Origin: Cyanobacteria bacterium P01_A01_bin.123
Lineage (GTDB): Bacteria; Cyanobacteriota; Cyanobacteriia; Phormidesmidales; Phormidesmidaceae
NCBI GenBank assembly: GCA_039815185.1
Contig: JBCBZT010000039.1
Span: forward strand, 8,876 to 72,875
Direction: 5' to 3'
DNA: 64,000 nucleotides
Part shown: positions 51,195 through 61,167 of the stretch, in pieces
How the letters are laid out: every line of letters begins with the position of its first letter
Numbering within the stretch: position 1 is the stretch's first letter
The notes under the pieces: generated by a model
The model's input: the letters and a program-made list of their open reading frames with translations, nothing else
Told to the model about the DNA's origin: nothing
Database searches by the model: none
Position numbers and translations under genes: made by a program

Positions 51195-52397
51195 ATGCAG
51201 TCTCGTTGGCGCGTGGGGTCGCTATTTGGCATTCCCCTTTATGTGGATTCTTCCTGGTTCTTGGTGCTGATTTTGGTCACCTTTCTCTATGGGAGCAATC
51301 CGGCTTGGCAATCGACGTTTGGGTTGGGGCCAGCCTGGATAGCCAGTTTTTCCCTAGCATTGCTGTTGTTTGCATCGGTGCTATTACATGAGTTGGGCCA
51401 TAGTTTTGCAGCGATTTCCCAAGGCATCACGGTTAACTCCATTACTCTCTTTTTGTTTGGGGGAATTGCCTCAATTGATAGAGAGTCTAAAACGCCGGGA
51501 CAAGCCCTCCAGGTCGCGATCGCGGGCCCACTCGTTAGCTTTGGCCTGTATCTGACGTTAACCCTATTTCTCAAGACCGTAACGCTGCCAGAACTGGGGG
51601 AAACGCTGCTCTACAACGTGGCCCAAACCAATCTAGTGTTGACGCTATTTAACTTGATTCCGGGCTTACCTCTCGATGGTGGTCAAGTGCTCAAGGCGTT
51701 GGTGTGGCAGGTGACCGGGAGTCGGATTCAAGGGGTTCGCTGGGCTGCTCGGGTAGGTCAGATTTTGGGGTGGAGTGCGATCGCGGCGGGGCTCTTGGCT
51801 TACTTGGGGGCCCAGCGGTTCGACTTCTTGTGGATTGCTTTGCTGGGGTGGTTTGCAGTACGTAATGCGGGGGCTTACAATCGGCTCTCAGATTTACAAG
51901 AAGCGATCGCGGCGCTGAATGCCCAAGACGCCATGGTGCGAGAGTTTCGAGTGGTTGATGCTAATCTCACGCTGCGCCAATTTGCCGATGACTATTTGCT
52001 TCAGGAAGGACGACCCCCCGTGTATTTTGCGGCGTCAGACGGGCGCTACCGGGGGTTAGTGTCGATTGATGATTTGCGGGCGGTGGAGCGTAGCCAGTGG
52101 GAGACTTTGACGCTACAAAGTATTGCTAAACCCCTGACCAGCATTCCTGCTGTACGAGAATCCACCACACTGCAAACGGTGATCACTAGCCTGGAAGCCC
52201 AGCAACTCACACGGATTACAGTGTTGACACCTGCCGACGCAGTAGCTGGCATCATTGATCGAGGGGACATTGTGCGCGCGATCGCAAAAAATCTCAACCT
52301 TAAATTATCTGAGGCTATCATTCAGCGCATCAAAGAAGAAGGCACCTATCCCCCAGGACTACAACTGCAAACAATTGCCGAATCGGTAGGCGATTAG
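51195..52397 (+). CDS. Site-2 protease (M50) with CBS-like domains
   Basis: LHELGH, IAGPLVS, FNLIPGLPLDGG, CBS-like C-terminus. Confidence 0.93.
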   Translation: MQSRWRVGSLFGIPLYVDSSWFLVLILVTFLYGSNPAWQSTFGLGPAWIASFSLALLLFASVLLHELGHSFAAISQGITVNSITLFLFGGIASIDRESKTPGQALQVAIAGPLVSFGLYLTLTLFLKTVTLPELGETLLYNVAQTNLVLTLFNLIPGLPLDGGQVLKALVWQVTGSRIQGVRWAARVGQILGWSAIAAGLLAYLGAQRFDFLWIALLGWFAVRNAGAYNRLSDLQEAIAALNAQDAMVREFRVVDANLTLRQFADDYLLQEGRPPVYFAASDGRYRGLVSIDDLRAVERSQWETLTLQSIAKPLTSIPAVRESTTLQTVITSLEAQQLTRITVLTPADAVAGIIDRGDIVRAIAKNLNLKLSEAIIQRIKEEGTYPPGLQLQTIAESVGD

Positions 52398-52457
52398 GGG
52401 GCGACTTAGCTGCATGAAGGGATAATCTTCGTCAGGTGTTGCGTTAAAAACGCTACG

Positions 52458-53570
52458 CTACGAGCAAGGTTCTGCACTCCACTCTTCAGTACCGCGTCCG
52501 GGGCGACAGGAGGTTTGAACGCCAATCCAGTCTACTTGCCACTCTTCTCCGGCGGGGACGAACTCCAGACGATAGCGCAAACTGCGTATGGAGTCGTCTG
52601 GTAGATTCTCTAAAATTAGGGTGACTGCGCGACTGTTGTTGCCTTGCTCAATCACGACGGATTCGCGGTAGTCGCCTTCCATGGGTTCTTTGCTGCCAAA
52701 GGCTTCGAGGGCGATTTGGCTTGGATCTGGCCCAATGGACGATACGCCATCAGGCAGGTCGGTCGGCGCATAAAGGCTGCGATCACTAGGGCTGCTCAAT
52801 ATACTGGGGTCAATGATTTGGGGTTCATCTGAATCAAGGTCTTTCAACGTCTCGGTCAGTTCTGCCGATGCCTTGTCTGTCGTGGCTGACGGATTTTCCC
52901 CAGGGTTAGGCGATGATTGCTTGGTTTCCTTTGAGGCATCATTTTGAGGGTTAGCCGCGACACGACCCAGATCAAACTGACTCACTAAGTCGAGATTGCC
53001 CCCGTCAAATTCGTAAGTGCGTACTGCTTCTAAGGTTGGGCAACAGGGGGGATCATCCGCTGCTTGTGTTAGCAAATTCACCTGCACTTGGCCTTCGCTA
53101 AATCGAATGGATTGCACCTGGACGCGATCGCCCAAGTAGGCGACCGAAACGGGTCTAAAGCGATCGCCTTGCTGGGTAGCCAAGGCTAGATAAACGGAAA
53201 TCGTGGTTCCGGTGCTAACGCTAATCAAACTGGCAGTGGCGGTAGTGCCATCTTTTAAGTCTCCCAGGGTAGTGGGGCTGGGGGGATCAAGAAATTCCAC
53301 CCGCCGGCCATCAGCGTTGTCAAACCGACCGTTGACCAACTGCACTAGACCTACATCGGGAATCGTATATTGGGCATTGCGGAGCTGTTCGACCAACTCA
53401 CAATCTGCGGCTTGTCCCCCCGTGGACGCTGCCAATCCCTCACAAGAATAGGCTAGCAGGGGAGAATCACTGGAAACTTGGGATGAGCCCCCGCCACTAC
53501 AACTGGCCAGTCCTAAGCTTATCCCCAAGGTGATCAGACCGACTTGAATCCGCTGATGAAGCATCTGCAT
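52458..53570 (-). CDS. Hypothetical lipoprotein
   Basis: LASC lipobox; DPPCCP and DDSIRSLRYR...CRPGRG...C motifs. Confidence 0.7.
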   Translation of the reverse strand: MQMLHQRIQVGLITLGISLGLASCSGGGSSQVSSDSPLLAYSCEGLAASTGGQAADCELVEQLRNAQYTIPDVGLVQLVNGRFDNADGRRVEFLDPPSPTTLGDLKDGTTATASLISVSTGTTISVYLALATQQGDRFRPVSVAYLGDRVQVQSIRFSEGQVQVNLLTQAADDPPCCPTLEAVRTYEFDGGNLDLVSQFDLGRVAANPQNDASKETKQSSPNPGENPSATTDKASAELTETLKDLDSDEPQIIDPSILSSPSDRSLYAPTDLPDGVSSIGPDPSQIALEAFGSKEPMEGDYRESVVIEQGNNSRAVTLILENLPDDSIRSLRYRLEFVPAGEEWQVDWIGVQTSCRPGRGTEEWSAEPCS

Positions 53571-53696
53571 CCTCCTAGCATGATCAAACGTGTCATACAG
53601 GCTAGTGACTGCCTGCCAAGGTAAAGCCTACTTAAACTGACGCTGAATGACCACAATTGAGCGTGATGATTCACAATCCATAACTCACACAAGTGT

Positions 53697-55265
53697 TCAT
53701 TCACTCCCTGCAAAGCCATAGGCCGTGGCCACATAGTAGTTTTTGATGGTAATGCCAAATCTCTCCACGACAACGACTTCTGGATCGCTGATGCGTTTAA
53801 ATTGAGCGCTCAGTGCTGGGGTAAGCGGGTGCCAATCGTCATAAACCAGCACCGCATCTTGATTGCTCAAATCAGTTTGACCCATCCAAACGTCAAACTG
53901 ATCGCGTCGATCAGACAAGGCATAGACATTCGGATCATTGAGTTGGTAAGCCAGGGCTGAGGCTGAACGATAGTCAGTGGTCGCTAGAAATCCGCCCCGG
54001 GGCAATTGTGCCTGTTGAACAAGCACCACTGGCGCAACGGTTACCCAGCCAAAGGGCATGCGGCTATCGGGGTCAGCAGTTGCCTCGTTGCTTACCAGAG
54101 CCGACAAAGGTAACACCGTCGTATGAATCACAATCAAGCTAATCAGCAACACGCCATAGATTTGCTGCCCCCAGACCCATCGGCGGCGACGCAAGTAAAT
54201 TAGTGGTGCGATCGCGCCCAATGCTTCACCCTCCATAGGTTCAGCAGATCTGTTTAACAGCAATCCCGGCATCAGGGGAAACAGCATGACATAGGCCATG
54301 ATGTTCCAGTAGTAATAGGCAGTCGAAAATAGGGCAATCAAACTGAGACCTACGGTTGGCAAGACAAAAGTCCAAATTGCAACTCGGCTATATAGCGTTT
54401 TGGTTCTGTCAACAGGAAACGACGGTTGTCGTCGATTCAAAATCAATCTGACAATCAGTTCCACCAGCCACGGGGACAGCAACAGGGTTGAAAATAGCCA
54501 AAATCCAATGGGTTCAAAGGGTTTGATTCGTAGCCCAGTTGCACCGCTATTAAGGCTGCGACTGGTGTAATACTCAAATGACTGGTAGTCGTTGGTAATA
54601 TTCCAAATCAAAATTGGCAATAGGCTGATGAGCACAATCGCGATCGCGCCATATAAGCGGCGATCGCGCAGTAGAGGCCATAGGTGGCGATCGCGGATCA
54701 CAACCCCCACAAACGCCAACGCAATAAATAGCGCGTTATACTTCGCTAGCCCAGCCACTCCTAGGGCTAAAGCTGCGCCATAAAGCCGTCGACTCTCTCC
54801 ATGACCATCTTTTACGTAGCTATCTAAAAAGCGAACAAACTGATAGCCAGCGATTAAGCAGGCGCTAATGAGCAGATGATCATTCCAGGCTAGGGCCAGA
54901 AACAGAAAAAACAGTGGCGAAGCCAGCACTACCATGACCATGAGCCAAAAGGCAGGTTTGCCTTGGCGACCGTAGAGATAGCGGCAAATGCGATATTGCG
55001 TATAGAAAAACAGCAGTGTAGTGCATAAATTGGGGAAGCGTAGGGCAAAGCGCGATCGCCTCAGAATCGCACTCATGCTTCCTTGAATCCAGGCCAGTAG
55101 TGGCGGATGATCGTAATAAGACCAATCAAAATGCTGTCCCCACAGCCAATAGTAAGCTTCATCAGGATTGGGAAATGCAGTCAACCAAAACCACAGGCGG
55201 AGTATCCCAAAGCAGGCCAAAAGCGGCCAAACCAAACGCGCGGCTGATTTCTCAGATGTTTGCAA
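53697..55265 (-). CDS. GT39/ArnT-like (GT-C) membrane glycosyltransferase
   Basis: PDEAYYWLW...SYYDHPPL, ALRFP, GLAKY, many TM helices. Confidence 0.88.
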   Translation of the reverse strand: MQTSEKSAARLVWPLLACFGILRLWFWLTAFPNPDEAYYWLWGQHFDWSYYDHPPLLAWIQGSMSAILRRSRFALRFPNLCTTLLFFYTQYRICRYLYGRQGKPAFWLMVMVVLASPLFFLFLALAWNDHLLISACLIAGYQFVRFLDSYVKDGHGESRRLYGAALALGVAGLAKYNALFIALAFVGVVIRDRHLWPLLRDRRLYGAIAIVLISLLPILIWNITNDYQSFEYYTSRSLNSGATGLRIKPFEPIGFWLFSTLLLSPWLVELIVRLILNRRQPSFPVDRTKTLYSRVAIWTFVLPTVGLSLIALFSTAYYYWNIMAYVMLFPLMPGLLLNRSAEPMEGEALGAIAPLIYLRRRRWVWGQQIYGVLLISLIVIHTTVLPLSALVSNEATADPDSRMPFGWVTVAPVVLVQQAQLPRGGFLATTDYRSASALAYQLNDPNVYALSDRRDQFDVWMGQTDLSNQDAVLVYDDWHPLTPALSAQFKRISDPEVVVVERFGITIKNYYVATAYGFAGSE

Positions 55266-55411
55266 TGACTAACTCCAAGGCCTGACATAGAACCTGATTA
55301 GCATACCGCCCTATGGGGTTCCACCTGGCGATAATCTCAGCTGGCTGCGCCTAAAAAAATTCGCGATCGCCGCCTATGGCCTCTACTGCGCGATCGCACG
55401 CTACAAGCATT

Positions 55412-56629
55412 TCAAGACAGGGCTTGGTAACGGAAACGCTCAGCCTGAGAACGGGGCAGTTTATCTGCAATCAGTTTCACCAATTGGTTAGGGGTTGTTG
55501 GATGATGAATGGCCATGATCTCATCCACAATGACCCGAGCCATTGGGCCGATGTCGTCAATGAGATATTGCCGGCATTTTTCGATAAAAACATCTGTCAA
55601 CGCAGTGGTATTGGGGCAATAGGGCAGTTCAAACGTGCCACTCTGTTGAACGCTCTGGCGAAATCGGCTCGCCTCTGACGGCTCAGGAATTTGATCGGCC
55701 ACCAGCGCAATGAACTGACTGAAGGTTTTGGGGCGGTGCAGCTCGATAATATCGTCTAAAATCACACCCACCATCGGACCAATGTAATACTCAGACAGCT
55801 TGCGCTGACATTGCTCTAAAAGTGCCGGATTCCAGGTTGCGGAGATCGTCTTACCTTTTGCAAGGGGCGCAGGGTGAGGATGGGTTGGATTTGTAAAAAT
55901 AGGGGCTTCAGCCAGCACTACAGCCCTGGGACGCTGAGGATAGGAAACCTTCGATTTAGGTCTATTTGATTTAGGTCGATTAGTCTGAGAGCCATTACCC
56001 TGAAATCGATGAGTTTGTAAGACATTATGCTGCTGCCTACTCCCCTGAGGCATCTGAGAAACCAGCTCCAGCGGGTCTGTCTCCATCGCCAGCGGAAACG
56101 GTATAGCCACGGGCTCAGCCTTCTGTCGCTGCCTGCTCCCCTGAGGCATCTGAGAAACCAGCTCCAACGGATCTATGTCTATTGCAACGGGGTATCGTAT
56201 GGCGATCGGTTCAGCCTGCGGACGATGACGTTCAGGGGTGGGTGCCAGACAAGTTCCAGTTAGGTTGGCTCCTTCTAAATCAGCCTCAGCCATCTGGGCT
56301 TGAAATAACTCTGCATTCCTGAGGTTAGCACTGCTCAGATTTGCCCCCAGCAGTTTAGCCTGACGCAGATTAGCGGACGATAAATTAGCCTCACTCAAAT
56401 ACGCGCCGCTCAGGTCTGCACCACTCAAATCGGTGCCCCTGAGATCAGCGCCGATCAGGCATGAGCGGCTTAAATCAGCACCTTTTAAGTCGGCACCACT
56501 TAGATTAATTTCAAACAGATAACACTTGCTCAGATCTTTACCGCTGAGCGTTGGTATTCGGGTTGGGTTTTCGATCCGCCACTGATTCCATTGCTCTACA
56601 TCCCATTCAAGCAAATGCTGATAATCCAT
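55412..56629 (-). CDS. Pentapeptide-repeat protein with internal 32-aa duplication and duplicated C-terminal helical domain
   Basis: WNQWR leader, A(D/N)Lxx repeats, two IGPM-containing C-terminal units. Confidence 0.85.
   Translation of the reverse strand: MDYQHLLEWDVEQWNQWRIENPTRIPTLSGKDLSKCYLFEINLSGADLKGADLSRSCLIGADLRGTDLSGADLSGAYLSEANLSSANLRQAKLLGANLSSANLRNAELFQAQMAEADLEGANLTGTCLAPTPERHRPQAEPIAIRYPVAIDIDPLELVSQMPQGSRQRQKAEPVAIPFPLAMETDPLELVSQMPQGSRQQHNVLQTHRFQGNGSQTNRPKSNRPKSKVSYPQRPRAVVLAEAPIFTNPTHPHPAPLAKGKTISATWNPALLEQCQRKLSEYYIGPMVGVILDDIIELHRPKTFSQFIALVADQIPEPSEASRFRQSVQQSGTFELPYCPNTTALTDVFIEKCRQYLIDDIGPMARVIVDEIMAIHHPTTPNQLVKLIADKLPRSQAERFRYQALS
56032..56217. repeat. Intragenic tandem duplication, 96-bp period
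   Basis: CTCCCCTGAGGCATCTGAGAAACCAGCTCCA repeated at a 96-nt offset; encodes AEP.AI..P.A...DPLELVSQMPQGSRQ twice. Confidence 0.9.
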
Positions 56630-56901
56630 GGTTGACTCGACTGCGCCTAGGTGAGTTACTCAATGCTTCAAATGCCTATGCTGTTATTTCTGAGACTAGC
56701 CACTAGAATCGACATCTACAAAACAAATACAGGCATCAACCCTGGGGGGTTTTTAGGCATGGATGTGCGGGTATGCATAGCTTCCACTAAAGCTGCATTA
56801 GCATACCCCTCTATTGTTAAGTTATGTAGGCCAACCCACGGTTATACATGCCGTGCGATCTTTTGAAGCTATTTGCGGGTCAGAGGTCGGCCCCAGGAAG
56901 A

Positions 56902-58011
56902 TCAGTGTAGATAGCGCTGACAAATCTCTAAAATACGGCCAGAAGACTTACCGTCGCCGTAGGGATTTACCGCATTGGCCATTTGTTGATAGGCCGCTTC
57001 AGTCCCGAGTAATTCAGCCGCTGCTTGGTAAATCGCTTCTGATCTCGTCCCCACTAGCTTGGCTGTCCCTGCCATCATGGCTTCCGGTCGTTCCGTGGTT
57101 TCGCGCAACACCAGGACGGGTTTGCCCAACCCCGGCGCTTCTTCTTGCAGCCCACCAGAATCAGTCAATAGCAAATGACACCGCTGAATCGCCCCAACTA
57201 AATCACCATAGTCCAAAGGCTCTACTAAAAAGGTTCTGGGATGATCACCCAAAGCGGCTTTCAGCGGTTCTCGTACAGTGGGGTTGCGATGGAGGGGCAA
57301 CAGCAGCGCCGTATCCGGAAAAGTATCCAACACTTTCAAAACGCCCTGAGCAATATTGTGCAAGGGTTCGCCCCAGTTCTCTCGGCGATGAACAGTAGAT
57401 AGGATCACCCGATGAGCCGCCCAATCTAACCCAGGTACAGTGCAGGGGGGATTTTTCCCGGCTACGGTTAATAAAGCGTCAATGACAGTGTTTCCGGTCA
57501 TGTGAATTTCGCCCGTTACCCCCGATCGCTGGACCTTTTCAGCGGAGAGTGGGGTGGGGGCAAAGTGCAGCTGGGCGATTTGAGAAATCAAACGGCGGTT
57601 AGCTTCTTCAGGGAAAGGATTATAAATGTTGTCGGTACGGAGTCCGGCTTCGACATGGCCTACGGGAATCTGTTGATAAAACGCGGCCAGTGCGGCGGCA
57701 AAGGCGGTGGTGGTATCGCCTTGCACCAAGACTAATTGGGGCTTGAGCCGTTTGAATAAATCTTCTAATCCTTGCAAGCTGCGACAAGTAATGTCGGTCA
57801 ATGTTTGCCCATGCTGCATGATGGCAAGGTCTTCATCGGCTTGCAGATCAAACAAGTTCATTACCTGGGCCACCATCTCTCGGTGTTGCCCCGTCAAGAC
57901 AACTTTTGTGTCAAAGGCAGCAGAGTGTTGAAACTTTTGAATCACGGGAGCCAGCTTGATCGCTTCAGGTCGAGTGCCCAAGACGATACACACAGGAAAC
58001 GGCTGAGACAT
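56902..58011 (-). CDS. wecB: UDP-N-acetylglucosamine 2-epimerase (non-hydrolysing)
   Basis: GTRPEAIK, TGQHREM, VQGDTTT, HVEAGLR, HRREN, TDSGGLQEEA. Confidence 0.96.
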   Translation of the reverse strand: MSQPFPVCIVLGTRPEAIKLAPVIQKFQHSAAFDTKVVLTGQHREMVAQVMNLFDLQADEDLAIMQHGQTLTDITCRSLQGLEDLFKRLKPQLVLVQGDTTTAFAAALAAFYQQIPVGHVEAGLRTDNIYNPFPEEANRRLISQIAQLHFAPTPLSAEKVQRSGVTGEIHMTGNTVIDALLTVAGKNPPCTVPGLDWAAHRVILSTVHRRENWGEPLHNIAQGVLKVLDTFPDTALLLPLHRNPTVREPLKAALGDHPRTFLVEPLDYGDLVGAIQRCHLLLTDSGGLQEEAPGLGKPVLVLRETTERPEAMMAGTAKLVGTRSEAIYQAAAELLGTEAAYQQMANAVNPYGDGKSSGRILEICQRYLH

Positions 58012-58116
58012 GATGTGCTAAACCCTTGTTAAAACAGCTTGTGGCGTTGGCAGATGCCCATATAACCCTGGGTAAAAGCGGGTTAGACAGTCCTGTTCCA
58101 CAATATTGGAAAACGG

Positions 58117-59571
58117 TTAAGCGGCTTTCATTTGCTGTCGAATAATATCTCCCAGCAAGGCAATGCCGACTTGAATATCTTCAATGGAGTGGGCAAAGCT
58201 GAGGCGCAAGGCAGGATAGCCCTGTTGATCGGGGAAAAACATCGAACCTGGGCCGACGTAGAGCTTCTTTTTAGCTGCTGCGTGGGCGATCGCGTTGAGG
58301 GACAAATGCTCGGGCAAATGTACCCAAAGGAAAAAGCCCCCATTGGGAATCGTCCATGAAGCTCCAGCCGGGAAATGATCTTCTAAGGCTTGCAGCATCA
58401 CGGCTTGGTTTTGCTGGTTGGTTTCTTTTAATTGATTCAGGCGACGGCGATAGTGGCCAGTGGCCAAGTATTCGCTGACGATCGCTTGGGAAACGACAGA
58501 AACGTGGAAATCGTGGAGCAGCTTGCGTTCTAGCAGCGGTTGATAAGCGTCTCCGGTGACCACCATATAACCGACGCGGATGGCGGGCATCAGGGTTTTA
58601 GAAAAGGTGTTGACGTAGATGACGCGATCGCTGTTATCTAGCGCTTTAATCGGCGGTGGGGAAGGATCAAAAGTCAACCGTTCGTAGGCATTGTCTTCAA
58701 TGATCAGGCAATCGTACTGTTCTGCCAAATTGAGCAGTTGGCGACGATGGCTCAAGTCAGTGGTAATGCCCGTCGGGTTATGCATGGTGCTGATGGTGTA
58801 AATCAGCTTGGGGCGATGGCTGTGTAGATAGTCTTCTAGCAATTCTAGGTTGATGCCGCCTCGGGTCATGGGAATGCCAATCACTCGGGCGTGGGCCTGG
58901 TCTAGCAGGGATAGAAATCCATGAAACGTGGGTGCGCTGACCACGACCCAATCGCCTGGTTCGATAAAGTGCTGCACCAGTAGGGCAAGGGCTTGCATAG
59001 AACCATTGGTGACAATGATATTTTCAGGGGAAGTGCCTAGCCCCAGCTGTACTAAAAGCTGAGTAATTTGTTCGCGAAAGTGGGGCTCTCCTTGGGGATA
59101 GGTGTGATCAAATAATCGATTACCGATGTTTTTGACAGCCCGTCGGGCAATTCGCTGCAGGTCATCCATGCCCGTTGCTTGGGGAAACCCAGACCCCAGG
59201 TTAATGAAGTCTGGGTCGCGTTGGGAGCGCAAAATAGCGTTACTCACATCCAAAAACGACCTGACGCCGTCTTCGGGAATAATCACGGTTTGGGCAGGGG
59301 CAAAGTTGGATTCTACCTTGGGGCGCTTTAGCGGTTGCTGATTGATAAAATACCCAGACCCCTGACGAGCGTGAATCAGCCCATCGGCTTCGAGTACGCT
59401 GTAGGCTTCAATCACCGTGAGTTTGTTCACCTGGACGGTTTGGGCCATTTTGCGAATGGATGGCAAGCGATCGCCTGCCTTTAAACCCCCAGACTGGATT
59501 AGCCCCCGAATGCGATCGCGGATTTGCAGATAGACGGGTTCAGGGGACTGACGATCGAGGGGAATTTTCAT
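58117..59571 (-). CDS. MocR/GntR-family regulator with PLP aminotransferase-like domain
   Basis: YLQIRD...GDRLPSIR wHTH; HNPTG, IEDNAY, TFSKTL; start set at MKIPL. Confidence 0.92.
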   Translation of the reverse strand: MKIPLDRQSPEPVYLQIRDRIRGLIQSGGLKAGDRLPSIRKMAQTVQVNKLTVIEAYSVLEADGLIHARQGSGYFINQQPLKRPKVESNFAPAQTVIIPEDGVRSFLDVSNAILRSQRDPDFINLGSGFPQATGMDDLQRIARRAVKNIGNRLFDHTYPQGEPHFREQITQLLVQLGLGTSPENIIVTNGSMQALALLVQHFIEPGDWVVVSAPTFHGFLSLLDQAHARVIGIPMTRGGINLELLEDYLHSHRPKLIYTISTMHNPTGITTDLSHRRQLLNLAEQYDCLIIEDNAYERLTFDPSPPPIKALDNSDRVIYVNTFSKTLMPAIRVGYMVVTGDAYQPLLERKLLHDFHVSVVSQAIVSEYLATGHYRRRLNQLKETNQQNQAVMLQALEDHFPAGASWTIPNGGFFLWVHLPEHLSLNAIAHAAAKKKLYVGPGSMFFPDQQGYPALRLSFAHSIEDIQVGIALLGDIIRQQMKAA

Positions 59572-59578
59572 GGCAGGT

Positions 59579-60130
59579 TCAACAATCTCGATTTTCAATC
59601 GCACCATCGGGCATGGTGGTGTTGCAGAAGCGGACTTGCATCCGAGCAACCCCCCGCAGATTTGCCCCAGTCATGTCGGCATCTTGTAGGTTGGCGGTAC
59701 CCAGGCGAGCCCCGACAAAAACGGCACCGCGCAGGTTAGCTCCAGTTAGGTCGGCATCATTGAGGTCAGCCTGGGTCAGTACCGCATCGCTCAGATCAGC
59801 CCCGACCAGTTTGGCGCCTGTGAGAATGGCACCATTGAGATCAACTGCCTGGAGCTTAGCACGGCTTAAATCGGCATTATTGAAGTAAGCCAACATTAAG
59901 TTAGAGCCGCTTAAATCAGCGCCTTGCAAATTCGCATCCATCAGTGAGGCGACTTTGAGGTTGACTTTAGTCAGGTCAGCGCCTTGGAGATCGGCGTCGT
60001 TGAGGATGCACACGGGGCAGTCCCGTGTGTCGAGCAACATCTCAACATCTGCGGGAAAAGCCCAAGCAGTCTGGGTCATCCCTAGAAACCCGAGAACGGT
60101 AATGATTAAGATAAGCAGTTTTGATTTCAT
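59579..60130 (-). CDS. Exported/lumenal pentapeptide-repeat protein
   Basis: Signal peptide ending AWA, CPVC, A(D/N)Lxx repeats, C-terminal FCNTTMPDG...C. Confidence 0.88.
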   Translation of the reverse strand: MKSKLLILIITVLGFLGMTQTAWAFPADVEMLLDTRDCPVCILNDADLQGADLTKVNLKVASLMDANLQGADLSGSNLMLAYFNNADLSRAKLQAVDLNGAILTGAKLVGADLSDAVLTQADLNDADLTGANLRGAVFVGARLGTANLQDADMTGANLRGVARMQVRFCNTTMPDGAIENRDC

Positions 60131-60182
60131 AGTGCAGTGTTGTCGCGATCGCCTTACTCGCTTATTTTCTCATCCTTGGGGT

Positions 60183-60225
60183 TGAGACGGAAGGCGAACT
60201 TAGACCTGAGACGAAAGGCGAACTT
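60183..60225. repeat. 19-bp direct repeat x2, 24-bp period
   Basis: TGAGACGGAAGGCGAACTT and TGAGACGAAAGGCGAACTT. Confidence 0.75.
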
Positions 60226-60258
60226 GGGGCTAAGGCACAAGGCAAATGGTGTGCCGGA

Positions 60259-60927
60259 CTAATTCAACATATGGTGCTCGATGGCAAAGCGCACCAATTC
60301 AGCTCGATTATTGGTGTCAGTTTTGCGTAGGAGGTTGCTCACGTATTTTTCAATCGTACGGTGGCTCAGAAAAAGGCGATCGCCGATTTGGGCATTAGAC
60401 AATCCATCGGAAAGCAGCGATAGCACATCTTGTTCTCGAGTTGTGATGTCTACGGGACTTGACTCTACCACTAGGGCTTGAGCAACAGGTTGCGTCCCTT
60501 GAGCAGCAGGTGTCCCCATCGGTTGAGATTGTTGAACCCAAACAGACTGAATCATCTGCATCCGCTCTAGCAGGTTACGGACAATGGCACCTAATTCATC
60601 GAGTTCAAAAGGTTTAGGCAAATAGACGTCACAGCCAAGTTGATACCCTTTAATTCGCGATTGGGTTCCAGTTCGGGCCGTTAAAAACACCACTGGCAAA
60701 AGGCGCAGCATCGGCTTTTGCCTCACTTTCTGGATCAGTTCGTAGCCATCTACCCGAGGCATCGAAATATCAGTAATGATCAAATGGGGTTGATGCTGAT
60801 CAATCAGTGCCAAAGCTTCGTTACCGTCTCTGGCTGCAATCACCAAATAACCCGACAGCGATAAATACTCGCGAATGGATAGGCGAGTCCCTTCGTCATC
60901 ATCGACTACAAGGATTGTTAGCGGCAT
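60259..60927 (-). CDS. NarL/LuxR-family response regulator
   Basis: LVVDDD, DISMP, KP; LuxR HTH TTREQDVL...SNAQIG...TIEKYVSNLLRK. Confidence 0.93.
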   Translation of the reverse strand: MPLTILVVDDDEGTRLSIREYLSLSGYLVIAARDGNEALALIDQHQPHLIITDISMPRVDGYELIQKVRQKPMLRLLPVVFLTARTGTQSRIKGYQLGCDVYLPKPFELDELGAIVRNLLERMQMIQSVWVQQSQPMGTPAAQGTQPVAQALVVESSPVDITTREQDVLSLLSDGLSNAQIGDRLFLSHRTIEKYVSNLLRKTDTNNRAELVRFAIEHHMLN

Positions 60928-61167
60928 AGTCCTACTTTGCCTGCGTCTGCACAACACCAGGATAGGGTGCTATACCAGAGTATTTGCAACCTTGGCAAGG
61001 ATTGTATGTAGAGTTATACATTATTAATTTCCTGGATACAAAAATTTGTATTGCATTGAATCCCATCCGATTTGCAAATTTGAGTATGGCTGCAAATCCT
61101 GCGCCCTCGTAGGGAAAAGGATGGATCTGGATGTGAACAAGGTTTAAGTGAGTTCGAGAGTCTGGTC

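Noticed and set aside
61000..61052. NtcA site between the LuxR-type regulator and pabB
   Set aside because: GTA/TAC spacings are N6 or N10, not N8.
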